A stretch of DNA of 64,000 nt from Dehalococcoidales bacterium (GCA_034418415.1 DAOULS010000080.1:8513-72512), one strand, 5' to 3'; numbered from the stretch's first letter, positions 27,452-36,632 are shown. Notes: a model not told the origin generated them from the letters alone. Made by a program: numbers and translations.

Positions 27452-28150
27452 TTAATTTTCGGTCTCGTCGATAATGTACCCGGTCTTGGGCACGGTACGA
27501 ATAAGGGCGGGATTATCCGGGTCTCTTTCCATCTTGTGTCTAAGTCGACTAATCCAGGTTCTTAATATCTGAACATCATCACGATATTCCGGCCCCCAGA
27601 CTCTTGTTAGCAGGTCCCCGTAAAGCATGAGTTTGCCTCGGTTGCGGGCAAGCTCACTCAATAGCAGCCACTCGATACGGGTTAGTTGAATTTCCTGGTC
27701 GTCAACAACGACCATACGGTTTCTTAAATTGATGGTTAAGTTTCCCAGAGTTATTGATTCAATGATTTTTCGGTCTTCCGCGGGTGCCAGACGCCGCCTG
27801 ACGGCTTCAATACGGGCGACCAGCTCATCGGGATTAAAGGGTTTGGCCAGATAATCATCAGCGCCCATTTTCAAACCCTTGACCTTATCAACATTGGTTT
27901 CCTTGGCGCTTAAAATAATAACCGGCACCGGGGATACTGCCCGGATCTGCTTTAGAGTTTCAAAGCCGTCCATACCAGGCATAACAACATCGAGTACAAG
28001 CAGGTCCGGTTCCTGTGTCTGAACCTGGGCTAAAGCCTCCGAGCCGTTATTGGCGGATAGCACTTCATACCCCGAAGCCGTGAGTTTCACCTGAAGGAAC
28101 TGGAGTATATGCGGCTCATCATCAACTATCAGTACGCGAAACTGCTTCAT
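27452..28150 (-). CDS. OmpR/PhoB-family response regulator (REC + winged-helix)
   Basis: REC domain (VLIVDDEP, LLVLDVVMPGMDG, LAKPF) and trans_reg_C (LTRIEWLLLSELARNRGKLMLYGDLLTRVWG...TVPKTGY). Confidence 0.92.
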   Translation of the reverse strand: MKQFRVLIVDDEPHILQFLQVKLTASGYEVLSANNGSEALAQVQTQEPDLLVLDVVMPGMDGFETLKQIRAVSPVPVIILSAKETNVDKVKGLKMGADDYLAKPFNPDELVARIEAVRRRLAPAEDRKIIESITLGNLTINLRNRMVVVDDQEIQLTRIEWLLLSELARNRGKLMLYGDLLTRVWGPEYRDDVQILRTWISRLRHKMERDPDNPALIRTVPKTGYIIDETEN

Positions 28151-28273
28151 TATTCCATCCTGTAAGTATAAGCTGCAAACAAATGATAATCAGTGGTTTG
28201 GCAAAATGTCAAATACTATTGATTTTTCCAACCTGTCATCTCCACTAACCTGATAAAGTCGATACAAGTAAAA

Positions 28274-28313
28274 TGTCATAAAACTGTTATATTTTTTATA
28301 TGATATTTATGAC
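28274..28313 (+). promoter_or_regulatory. Copy E+ of the conserved 40-nt module (faces the REC gene at 28403)
   Basis: TGTCATAAAACTGTTATATTTTTTATATGATATTTATGAC. The first 17 nt nearly equal the E. coli Pho-box consensus CTGTCATA(A/T)A(A/T)CTGTCA(C/T). Confidence 0.55.
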
Positions 28314-28314
28314 A
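28275..28314 (-). promoter_or_regulatory. Copy E- of the module (faces the RR gene at 28150), mirror-overlapping copy E+
   Basis: Minus-strand read is TGTCATAAATATCATATAAAAAATATAACAGTTTTATGAC. Its TATGAC is the complement of the TGTCATA box of E+, and vice versa. Confidence 0.5.
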
Positions 28315-28402
28315 CTTTCATAACGTATAACGTATAATAGGTATAATCTACTACCAGACACCAGTAGTAAATTTTATAGCGCCAGAAGACTGGTGGATAC
28401 CT

Positions 28403-28768
28403 ATGAATGCAACAGTAAAGAAGAAACTCGTGCTTGTGGTGGATGATGAGCCCGGGGTTCTTACTTTCATTGAAATAGACTTAAAGCTCCGTGGTTTTAG
28501 TGTTATCACGACGGTTTCCGGCGAGAAGGCACTGGAGTTGGTTACATCAAAGAAACCAGATATATTATTGCTGGATATGATAATGCCGGAGATAGACGGT
28601 TTTGAGGTGTTGAACAGGCTGCGGGCTTTTTCAGATTTACCGGTAATTGCTTTTAGCGCCAGCCCGGGGAATCAGGACCCGGCAATACTTGCGGGCGCCA
28701 ACGATTTCATTCACAAACCGTTCGATCCCGACGAGGTTGAACAGAAGATTACTGTTCTCTTGGAATAA
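28403..28768 (+). CDS. Single-domain response regulator (REC only)
   Basis: VLVVDDEP, LLLDMIMPEIDG and IHKPF receiver motifs in 121 aa. Confidence 0.88.
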   Translation: MNATVKKKLVLVVDDEPGVLTFIEIDLKLRGFSVITTVSGEKALELVTSKKPDILLLDMIMPEIDGFEVLNRLRAFSDLPVIAFSASPGNQDPAILAGANDFIHKPFDPDEVEQKITVLLE

Positions 28769-28783
28769 AAAAGACTGAAAAGC

Positions 28784-30964
28784 TTATTTAGTTTTCACAC
28801 GTGTAGGTAGAGAAAAGGAAAAGACAGAACCTTTATCCGACTCCGATTCCACCCAGATTTGCCCGCCCTGTGCCTCCACCAGTCGTTTGCATACCACTAA
28901 TCCCAACCCGAGACCCTGGCGTGGTTTACCACCTCTTTCCAGCCGTTCAAAGGGTTCAAATATTTTTTCAAGGTCTTCCGGAGGTATACCCATGCTGTTA
29001 TCGGCTATTCTGGTGATGACCTTGCCATTCTCTTTCCGCGCTGATACTTTTATTTCACTATCTTCATGGGAATATTTGTTGGCGTTCTCGAGGAGATTAT
29101 AGAGAATTCTCTCCACTCTTATCGGGTCGGCTTCAACGGTAGGTAAATCGGTTGGAAAATCTATCAGAAATCGACGTTCGCCCCGGGCTTTCAATCGACT
29201 TATAACAGTCTCTGTGATACTTGGTATATCAACCGTCTCACGATGAAGCTGGAGACGCCCGGCCTGATACCTTGAAAGCTCCAGCAGGTTTTCCAGAATG
29301 GTGGCCAGTGAACCAGCACCCTCGATGGCATTTTCCAGGAGGATGCGTTTGTTTTTGGTGGATATACCTGCGGACATAGCTGTCCTTAAAGAACCTGTAA
29401 TCACCGTCATGGGAGTGCGGAGTTCGTGTGAAACAAGGCCGATAAACTCATCTTTGAGTTGTTCCGCTTTTTTACGTTCCGTAATGTCCTGCCCCTGCGC
29501 GATGGTGGCAATAACCGTTTTGCCATCTTCGGCGTATAGGTTAGCGGAATTCCACAAAAGGATATAAACAGCGCCGTCCTTGTGCTTGATGGGAATTTCT
29601 ACTACTTCCCACCGTACTCCTGAAGTGGCTTTGTGGATGTGCTTCATGGACTTGTCACGGCTGTCATCCGGGAAGAGGATGTCCAGAGTATTACCTAATA
29701 CTTCTTTAGCGGTACGCCCTGTGAGTCGTTCAAAGGCATGGTTAAACCTGGTAATTTTAAAGTCCGGGTTCCAGACGATAATCGGGGCGTTGGCGTAATT
29801 AATAAGATTATCCAGATAGTCGCGTGTTTCACGGAGTTCTTTGGTACGTTCTTCAACACGTGTCTCCAATTCGACACGAGCTTTATTTAATTCTTCCTGC
29901 GCCTGCTTGTGTTCAGAAATTTCTGCCTGTAAAGCTATATTAACTTCAGCCAGTTCTTTAGTACGCTCTTGGATGCGTATCTCCAGTTCCTCCCGGATTT
30001 TACGCAGAGCCTCCTCGGTTTTTTTACGCTCGGTTATATCATGAACCATGCCTAAAGAGCGGACAATCTTACCTTGTTTATTCTTTACATGGTTGCATTT
30101 TTCATGGACGAAGCGTACTTCGCCGGTGTCTTTCCTGATAATTCTATGCTCAATCTCATAACCGTCCTTCCCCTCGCTTACGGAACTGGAGTAAGCGTTA
30201 TCCACGGCAGCACGGTCATCAGGGTGAACGGACTCCAGGAAAGCCTCATATGTAGCGTTGAATTCCTGCGGTTTTAAACCAAAAATGCGGTACACCTCAT
30301 CAGACCAGGTCAGGGTATTCCCGGCAAGGTCAAACTCCCAGCTGCCCAGACTTGCTATTTCCTGTGACCGTTTTAACATGTCCTCGCTTTGCAGCAGCCT
30401 TTTCTCCACGCTTCTGTGCTCGTTAATCTCTTTTTTAAGGTCGAGGTTGACCTCTTCTAATTGGGCGGTGCGTTGTTTCACCAATTCTTCAAGGTGTTCC
30501 CGATAAGTGATAAGCTCCGTTTCATGTTGCTGGCGTGTAACCAGTTCTTTATTAGCTTCCTGGGTTTTTTTACGAAGGCTGGAAGATAGGTAGCTGATAA
30601 CAATACCAACAAATAAAAATATCAGAGCAATTGGTACTTCGAAGATATGGAACGATAAGAAACTGTGGAGCGGCGGTAAGAAATAATAATCGAAAGCTAT
30701 CACACTGATGATACAGCATAAAATTGACGGACCTAACCCGAAGAAAAATGCGGTCACTACGATAGCCAGAATGTAAGTAATGGGTACATTGGCAGGAATG
30801 ATATCCGGTTGTGCCAATTGCTTAAACCAGGTAGCTAAGGCAACGACTCCTACCGCGAAGGTGTAGCCGAACCAATGATGATAAATGAATTTGCCTATTT
30901 TTCTTAATATACTCATGGTTGATAATTTGTTCATATATTTTATATCTGATTTCAATATTAGCAT
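28784..30964 (-). CDS. Sensor histidine kinase: KdpD-type DUF4118 membrane module, coiled coils, two PAS domains, HisKA, HATPase
   Basis: N-terminal 4-TM segment resembles DUF4118 (ILAIVVTAFFFGLGPSILCCIISVIAFDYYFLPP). H-box VSHELRTP, plus N/G boxes. The exact start is uncertain, with several Met codons in the first 20 codons. Confidence 0.9.
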   Translation of the reverse strand: MLILKSDIKYMNKLSTMSILRKIGKFIYHHWFGYTFAVGVVALATWFKQLAQPDIIPANVPITYILAIVVTAFFFGLGPSILCCIISVIAFDYYFLPPLHSFLSFHIFEVPIALIFLFVGIVISYLSSSLRKKTQEANKELVTRQQHETELITYREHLEELVKQRTAQLEEVNLDLKKEINEHRSVEKRLLQSEDMLKRSQEIASLGSWEFDLAGNTLTWSDEVYRIFGLKPQEFNATYEAFLESVHPDDRAAVDNAYSSSVSEGKDGYEIEHRIIRKDTGEVRFVHEKCNHVKNKQGKIVRSLGMVHDITERKKTEEALRKIREELEIRIQERTKELAEVNIALQAEISEHKQAQEELNKARVELETRVEERTKELRETRDYLDNLINYANAPIIVWNPDFKITRFNHAFERLTGRTAKEVLGNTLDILFPDDSRDKSMKHIHKATSGVRWEVVEIPIKHKDGAVYILLWNSANLYAEDGKTVIATIAQGQDITERKKAEQLKDEFIGLVSHELRTPMTVITGSLRTAMSAGISTKNKRILLENAIEGAGSLATILENLLELSRYQAGRLQLHRETVDIPSITETVISRLKARGERRFLIDFPTDLPTVEADPIRVERILYNLLENANKYSHEDSEIKVSARKENGKVITRIADNSMGIPPEDLEKIFEPFERLERGGKPRQGLGLGLVVCKRLVEAQGGQIWVESESDKGSVFSFSLPTRVKTK

Positions 30965-31059
30965 TATTCATTCGCAGAGACAATCAGAGAGTCTTTGTTT
31001 TTCTGCACTCATGGGTAATGGGTGTATGGTTGATAGTCAATAGGTGTTTAGCCAACAAA

Positions 31060-31099
31060 TGCTATAAATTTGTAACACTTTTACTAGTCGCGATATAAC
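31060..31099 (+). promoter_or_regulatory. Copy F of the conserved 40-nt module (faces the USP-HEAT-ATPase genes)
   Basis: TGCTATAAATTTGTAACACTTTTACTAGTCGCGATATAAC, in the same register (TGnnA-N6-TGTAA, N16, TATAAC). Confidence 0.5.
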
Positions 31100-31207
31100 T
31101 ATTTAACCCGGGGAAGGCTAAAATGCTCTTGAGAGGCAGATTTGTTATATCCATACGCAAGATTTCTTTTAATGCCCCGGATATTAAAAAATTAAGGAGA
31201 GACTTTA

Positions 31208-32149
31208 GTGTTTAAAAGGTTGCTGGTGCCACTGGACACTTCAGAACTGGCGGAAATAGCGCTACCCTACGCGAGGGAGTTAGCCATAAAATTGGGGGCG
31301 GAGGTTATCCTGATGCATGTGAGAACGCTGGCCGATACTCCAGACAAGCCGGACCATAAGGCTTATATGAGTAAAACGGCGGCGGAAACAGAGCAGATAA
31401 TTAGAAAATCTGGTTCGCTGCCCGCGGGAGAAAAAATTAAGGTAGCAACGGCGATTGTCGGTCCGCCGAGCCTGATAAACCATCCTGCCGAGGGAATAGT
31501 AGATTATGCCGAGAAAGTAAATGCCAGTATGATTGTGATGGCCACGCACGGCCGGTCCGGCATCAGCAGGTGGGCTCTGGGAAGTACGGCTGATAAGATA
31601 GTACGGGTTTCCAAATGCCCGATATTGCTTATCAGGAAAAACCTTGAAGTAACCGGGGAAGTCAGTTTGGAGAAAATACTGGTTCCAATCGACGGGTCTA
31701 AAGCCAGTGAAGAGACGCTGCACTATATTGCGAACCTCATTCCCAAGTTAAAGGCCAAGGTTAATCTTTTAACCGTTGTTGAACCGTTGTACCATCTTTA
31801 CCCTTGGTCTGATGGATTCAGTTTTTATGGTGCAGCAGGAATTATACGAATACCTTACTCTAAAAAAGAGATGGGACCTTATAAAGAGATTGCTGATAAA
31901 TTTATCGGGGACGTGAGTGATAAGCTTAAAGAAAAAGGTGTCGATGTCAATTATGAAGTACGACTGGGTCCGGTTAGTGACGAGATAATCGAGGCGGAGG
32001 AAGAAATAAATCCTGACATAGTCATCATGTCAACACACGGTCATTCAGGGTTCGGCCGCTGGGACCACGGCAATGTCACTGATAAAGTTCTACATGCCGG
32101 GAGCAAACCGCTATTGCTGGTCAGACCGCAGCTATCGCAGTCTACTTAA
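31208..32149 (+). CDS. Tandem universal stress protein (2 x UspA domain)
   Basis: Two Usp repeats, each ending in an ATP-binding-type motif (MATHGRSGISRWALGSTA; MSTHGHSGFGRWDHGNVT). GTG start after AAGGAGAG. Confidence 0.88.
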   Translation: MFKRLLVPLDTSELAEIALPYARELAIKLGAEVILMHVRTLADTPDKPDHKAYMSKTAAETEQIIRKSGSLPAGEKIKVATAIVGPPSLINHPAEGIVDYAEKVNASMIVMATHGRSGISRWALGSTADKIVRVSKCPILLIRKNLEVTGEVSLEKILVPIDGSKASEETLHYIANLIPKLKAKVNLLTVVEPLYHLYPWSDGFSFYGAAGIIRIPYSKKEMGPYKEIADKFIGDVSDKLKEKGVDVNYEVRLGPVSDEIIEAEEEINPDIVIMSTHGHSGFGRWDHGNVTDKVLHAGSKPLLLVRPQLSQST

Positions 32150-32192
32150 GTAATATTGTTGGTACAAATTTGAATAAGTTAAGGAGAAATTA

Positions 32193-32732
32193 ATGATAGC
32201 AAATAAAACAAAACAACGTGCGCCGGCTACGGTTAAAAAAGCAGCAACAGCAACTATAAGAACGCTGGTTAACGACCTGTGCAGCGAGGACGGGCTGGTA
32301 AGAGTGCGGGCGCGCAAGCGTCTGGTAGCGCTGGGGAATCAATCCGTGAGACCGCTGAAAAAACTTCTGGGAAGTAAAAGAGAATGGGTACGCTGGGAGG
32401 CAGCTAAAGCACTCGGGCAAATCGGCGACCCCGCGGCAGCTCAAGCGCTGATAAAAGCTCTGGAAGACAACATGTTTGATGTTCGCTGGCTCGCGGCAGA
32501 AGGGCTGATTTATATGGGGAAAAGTGCCCTCGTTCCCTTGTTGCAGGCGATAAGGGAACGTCCTGACTCTTTCTGGCTTAGAGAAGGCGTGCACCATGTA
32601 CTGCACGATGTAAATAACGGAAAAATTGTTGAGATAATACGACCGGTAATCATCGCCTTGGAAAGTTTTGAACCATCGGTGGAGGCACCTCCGGCTATCG
32701 AGAGAGCCCTAGAGGTGTTAAACAAAAAGTAA
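32193..32732 (+). CDS. HEAT-repeat (PBS-lyase-type) protein
   Basis: Repeated VRxxAAxALGxIGDPxA units (VRWEAAKALGQIGDPAAAQALIKALEDNMFDVRWLAAEGL). Confidence 0.75.
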   Translation: MIANKTKQRAPATVKKAATATIRTLVNDLCSEDGLVRVRARKRLVALGNQSVRPLKKLLGSKREWVRWEAAKALGQIGDPAAAQALIKALEDNMFDVRWLAAEGLIYMGKSALVPLLQAIRERPDSFWLREGVHHVLHDVNNGKIVEIIRPVIIALESFEPSVEAPPAIERALEVLNKK

Positions 32733-32798
32733 GATTCAAGCAGTTACGGTGGATGAATATCACCGGGCGAAAAATTCAAGCGACCGCATTGGAGTAAA

Positions 32799-35246
32799 GT
32801 GGTTGAAACGTCCCAGCGGCAACTGAAGGACTTAAGCGTTGCCGAAATACAAAAGCATTTACAGACTTCCGCAAATGGTCTTAGTAAGACAGAGGCGGAG
32901 CACAGGCTGGCGCAGTACGGCTATAATGAGCTTCCAGAAAAGAAAGTCAACACTTTTTTAAAATTCCTTTCATATTTCTGGGGGCCAATCCCTATTATGA
33001 TAATAATAGCGGCGGTCCTCTCCGGAGCGTTGCAACGCTGGCCGGACCTTGGCGTTATTTTAGCGCTGCTGTGTCTAAATGCTATCGTAGGTTTCCGCGA
33101 GGAATACCAGGCGGGCAACGCCGTAGCTGCGCTTAAGGCGAAACTGGCAATCCAGGCTAATGTCAGGCGAGACGGTAAATGGTCCGGCATACCGGCGCGG
33201 GAACTCGTTCCCGGTGATATCATTCGTCTGCGTATCGGCAACATAATACCTGCGGACGCCAAGCTCCTAGAAGGAGACCCGGTACAGGTAGACCAGTCTG
33301 CCCTGACCGGTGAATCACTGCCGGTTGAGCACAAAACTGGAGACACCGTTTATTCCGGTTCTATCCTGAAGCAGGGCGAAATCGACGCTATAGTATATGC
33401 TACGGGCAAGGACACTTATTACGGCAAGACCGCCCAGTTGGTAGAGACGGCTGAAACACGCAGTCATTTACAACGTGCCGTTCTTAAGATTGCCGACTAT
33501 CTTATTGTCATTGCCGTAGGATTGGCGATATTGATATTAGGCGTTGCCTTTTTCCGCCACGACCCGATACTCCAGGTACTGCAATTCGCGCTGGTTCTGA
33601 CTATCGCGGCTGTCCCGGTAGCTATGCCGGCGGTGCTTTCGGTAACCATGGCGCTGGGGTCCAAAGTACTGGCGGCCAAGCAGGCTATCGTTACTAAGCT
33701 AACCTCTATCGAGGAAGTAGCCGGTGTCGATGTTCTCTGTTCCGATAAGACAGGTACGCTAACACAAAGCAAACTAACCATAGGAGACCCTTTCACCGTT
33801 AGAGGCACTGCTCCGGAACAGGTGATATTAAACGGGGCCCTGGCATCAAGGGAGGAAGATAAGGACCCCATCGACCTGGCTGTATTAAGTGGCTTAAAAG
33901 ACGTGAAGCAACTGGAGTTATATAAGATAGGTCACTTCCAACCCTTTGACCCGGTACATAAGCGTACCGAAGCGACTGTAAAAGATGAAAATGGTCATGA
34001 ATTTAAAGTCGCCAAAGGCGCTCCACAGGTAATTCTGGCGCTCGACCCTGATGCCGCTGAAATACAGTCCCGGGTCGATAAGGCGGTCAACGAATTTGCT
34101 GTGCACGGCTTCCGCTCGCTCGGAGTGGCGCGGACCAATGAGGAAGGTCAATGGCAGCTCCAGGGGATTATCCCAATGTTTGACCCGCTGCGGGAGGACT
34201 CCAAAACCACGATTGATGCTACTAAAGATATGGGGTTGAATATAAAAATGCTGACCGGTGACCAGGTAGCTATAGCCAGGGAAATAGGGCAGCAGCTGGA
34301 CCTGGGTACAAATATTATGGATGCCAGTATTTTCGAAAGTACCAGGCAACATGAAACCGGGCAGATGGCGGAAGCAATCGAAAAAGCCGACGGCTTTGCA
34401 CAGGTTTTCCCCGAACATAAATATCATATAGTTGATGTGCTACAGAAAAGCGGGCATATCGTGGGTATGACCGGCGACGGTGTTAACGATGCTCCGGCTT
34501 TAAAGAAGGCCGATGCCGGTATCGCCGTTGCCGGTGCTACTGATGCCGCACGAGCTGCTGCTGATATCGTGCTTTTAACTCCCGGACTTTCGGTCATTGT
34601 CGATGCAATCAAAGAAAGCCGTAAAATATTCCAGCGTATGATTAACTACTCGACCTACCGTATCGCCGAGACTGTCCGGGTCTTATTGCTGATGACCCTG
34701 TCTATCATGGTCTTCAATTTCTATCCGGTAACGGCGATTATGATCGTACTTCTGGCAATATTGAATGACGGGGCTATCCTGTCAATCGCCTATGATAATA
34801 CGTGTTATTCTGATAAACCAGAGGTCTGGAATATGCGAACGGTTTTGGGCGTGGCAACGTCTTTGGGTCTGATAGGGGTAATTGCGTCCTTCGGGCTTTT
34901 TTACCTGGGTGAAAACGTCTTCAATCTAAGCAGAGACTCAATCCAGACCTTAATGTATCTGAAGCTATCGGTGGCCGGTCATCTTACGGTATTTGTTACC
35001 CGCACCCGGGGGCCTTTCTGGACTATCAAGCCGGCCCGCATATTACTGCTGGCGGTAATAGGCACGCAAATGGTAGCTACCTTAATTGCAGTTTACGGGC
35101 TGGGAATGACCCCCATCGGATGGGGGTGGGCCGGGGTGGTATGGGGATACGCTCTAGCCTGGTTCCTGGTGAATGACATGGTGAAGCTATTGGCATATAG
35201 ATTGTTTGACCGGCAGCATACCAGCTTATTGGTAAAAAAATGCTGA
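32799..35246 (+). CDS. P-type ATPase, plasma-membrane H+-ATPase-like (type IIIA)
   Basis: DKTGTLT, TGES, MTGDGVNDAPALKKA and an N-terminal region collinear with plant/fungal/archaeal P3A pumps (GLS..EA..RL..YGYNELPEKK...FLKFL.YFWGPIP). Confidence 0.9.
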   Translation: MVETSQRQLKDLSVAEIQKHLQTSANGLSKTEAEHRLAQYGYNELPEKKVNTFLKFLSYFWGPIPIMIIIAAVLSGALQRWPDLGVILALLCLNAIVGFREEYQAGNAVAALKAKLAIQANVRRDGKWSGIPARELVPGDIIRLRIGNIIPADAKLLEGDPVQVDQSALTGESLPVEHKTGDTVYSGSILKQGEIDAIVYATGKDTYYGKTAQLVETAETRSHLQRAVLKIADYLIVIAVGLAILILGVAFFRHDPILQVLQFALVLTIAAVPVAMPAVLSVTMALGSKVLAAKQAIVTKLTSIEEVAGVDVLCSDKTGTLTQSKLTIGDPFTVRGTAPEQVILNGALASREEDKDPIDLAVLSGLKDVKQLELYKIGHFQPFDPVHKRTEATVKDENGHEFKVAKGAPQVILALDPDAAEIQSRVDKAVNEFAVHGFRSLGVARTNEEGQWQLQGIIPMFDPLREDSKTTIDATKDMGLNIKMLTGDQVAIAREIGQQLDLGTNIMDASIFESTRQHETGQMAEAIEKADGFAQVFPEHKYHIVDVLQKSGHIVGMTGDGVNDAPALKKADAGIAVAGATDAARAAADIVLLTPGLSVIVDAIKESRKIFQRMINYSTYRIAETVRVLLLMTLSIMVFNFYPVTAIMIVLLAILNDGAILSIAYDNTCYSDKPEVWNMRTVLGVATSLGLIGVIASFGLFYLGENVFNLSRDSIQTLMYLKLSVAGHLTVFVTRTRGPFWTIKPARILLLAVIGTQMVATLIAVYGLGMTPIGWGWAGVVWGYALAWFLVNDMVKLLAYRLFDRQHTSLLVKKC

Positions 35247-35288
35247 AAATAGAAGGAAATACAGGCTGGCAGTAGCCAATAAAGCTGG

Positions 35289-36497
35289 TTAGTATTTAGA
35301 ACTAACATAAGAAGCTGTTTGATTTAGTATTCCTGGGAAGCCTTCTTGGATTACCATCCGGTATAACTCAATTCGGCTTTTAACCCCCAGTTTTCTATAA
35401 ATATTCTTGATATGTGTATGTACCGTCTGCCGGCTAATATAAAGTTTTTCGCCAATCTCATTATCAGACATGCCCCCAATTAAGTAGTGGATGACATCAA
35501 GTTCTCTTCTACTCAGCTTGAATCTTGTTTGCAAACTGGTCTCTAGTCTATTTTCGTCGCTGAGGTCAGATAGAACAACGATGAAACTAGGCGCAGAACT
35601 TATTTGGCCCACCGTCCAAACCAGTGAGCATTCTATGCGGATTCTTTGGCCATTTTCAGTGGATACTATCCTTTCTTTGGGCAACAGGATAGTCTGTCCT
35701 TTTGCTTTTACTAAATTAAGGAGGCTGGAACAATCTCTAATAACACAGGATGGTATGGGAAACTCACCCTTTTCAAGACTAAAGATATTAGGCTGCCCGT
35801 TGGATAGCTGCAGACAGATATCTCTCGCCTTGGCATTGAAAAAGGAGGGATTGAATTTATGGTCTAAACAAAGAAACCCTTCACCATCAGTCTCATTGGG
35901 AGACAAGGAATGACTTTTCTGGTTATTAATTTGTGAGATCACACAGATATTATGTATGGCGACCCCAAGATGAGTAGCAAGCCTCGCTGCTTTGAGAACT
36001 TCCCTATCTTCATAATCCGGCTGGTTCTTGGGACGCCATAGTGTAATCATGCCTTCCAGATTGTTTTTCCAGCGCAGGGTCAGGAATAATTCCCAATATA
36101 GATGCTGTGGTTGTATGAAATCACTATATAAAACTGACCTCTCCCAGTCTCTAAAAGAAATAGATTCCCCAATTTTCAATACATTTTTTGATGATGAAAG
36201 CGCTTCTTTTAACAGGGGAGAATGCTGGTAGAAAGAACCTTTATATAGCGGGCAGTAATAATTATCTTCATAAAGATTGTGGTTATCGAACTTGAAAGAC
36301 CGGGACTCACCTATATTTATATTCTTTGGATACCCCTGGACGAGATGAAAAGTTGCACATTCGACACGGAACGCCCCCATTATGGAGGGGAATAACGCAT
36401 TAACAAAACTTTCCACATCTCCACACCGGTTAGCGAGATAGATCAGATTTAGTATTTCGCGGTAATCTTTGTTGGTCAGCCTAGCCATTTGCACCAT
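35289..36497 (-). CDS. LuxR-family transcriptional regulator with a large uncharacterised N-terminal sensor region
   Basis: C-terminal HTH LSRRELDVIHYLIGGMSDNEIGEKLYISRQTVHTHIKNIYRKLGV. The N-terminal 330 aa are unassigned. Confidence 0.85.
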   Translation of the reverse strand: MVQMARLTNKDYREILNLIYLANRCGDVESFVNALFPSIMGAFRVECATFHLVQGYPKNINIGESRSFKFDNHNLYEDNYYCPLYKGSFYQHSPLLKEALSSSKNVLKIGESISFRDWERSVLYSDFIQPQHLYWELFLTLRWKNNLEGMITLWRPKNQPDYEDREVLKAARLATHLGVAIHNICVISQINNQKSHSLSPNETDGEGFLCLDHKFNPSFFNAKARDICLQLSNGQPNIFSLEKGEFPIPSCVIRDCSSLLNLVKAKGQTILLPKERIVSTENGQRIRIECSLVWTVGQISSAPSFIVVLSDLSDENRLETSLQTRFKLSRRELDVIHYLIGGMSDNEIGEKLYISRQTVHTHIKNIYRKLGVKSRIELYRMVIQEGFPGILNQTASYVSSKY

Positions 36498-36526
36498 TTA
36501 TAGCACCTTTTATTTCCGCTGTCAAA

Positions 36527-36546
36527 AATACCCTTTTTAGGGTATT
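36527..36546. promoter_or_regulatory. Perfect palindrome AATACCCT-TTTT-AGGGTATT in the luxR/livG divergent intergenic region
   Basis: 8-bp arms read directly. The core TACCCTT-TT-TAGGGTA has the 7-2-7 layout of NarL/LuxR-type heptamer pairs (TACYYMT). Confidence 0.5.
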
Positions 36547-36632
36547 GCTTTTACGGATATATATATTAGGATGAAAACAGCAAAACTGATTAAAAACAGG
36601 TGAGTGTGATATTAAACAGGGGACTGTGCTAA

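Noticed and set aside
22553-31099. Interpreting the repeated TGTCA-N6-TGTAA boxes as a genuine phosphate (Pho) regulon
   Set aside because: Despite the near-identity of copy E+ to the E. coli Pho box, none of the downstream genes is pst, phoU, phoA or phn-like. The partner kinase is DUF4118-PAS rather than PhoR-like. The similarity most likely reflects the shared OmpR/PhoB-family recognition geometry.
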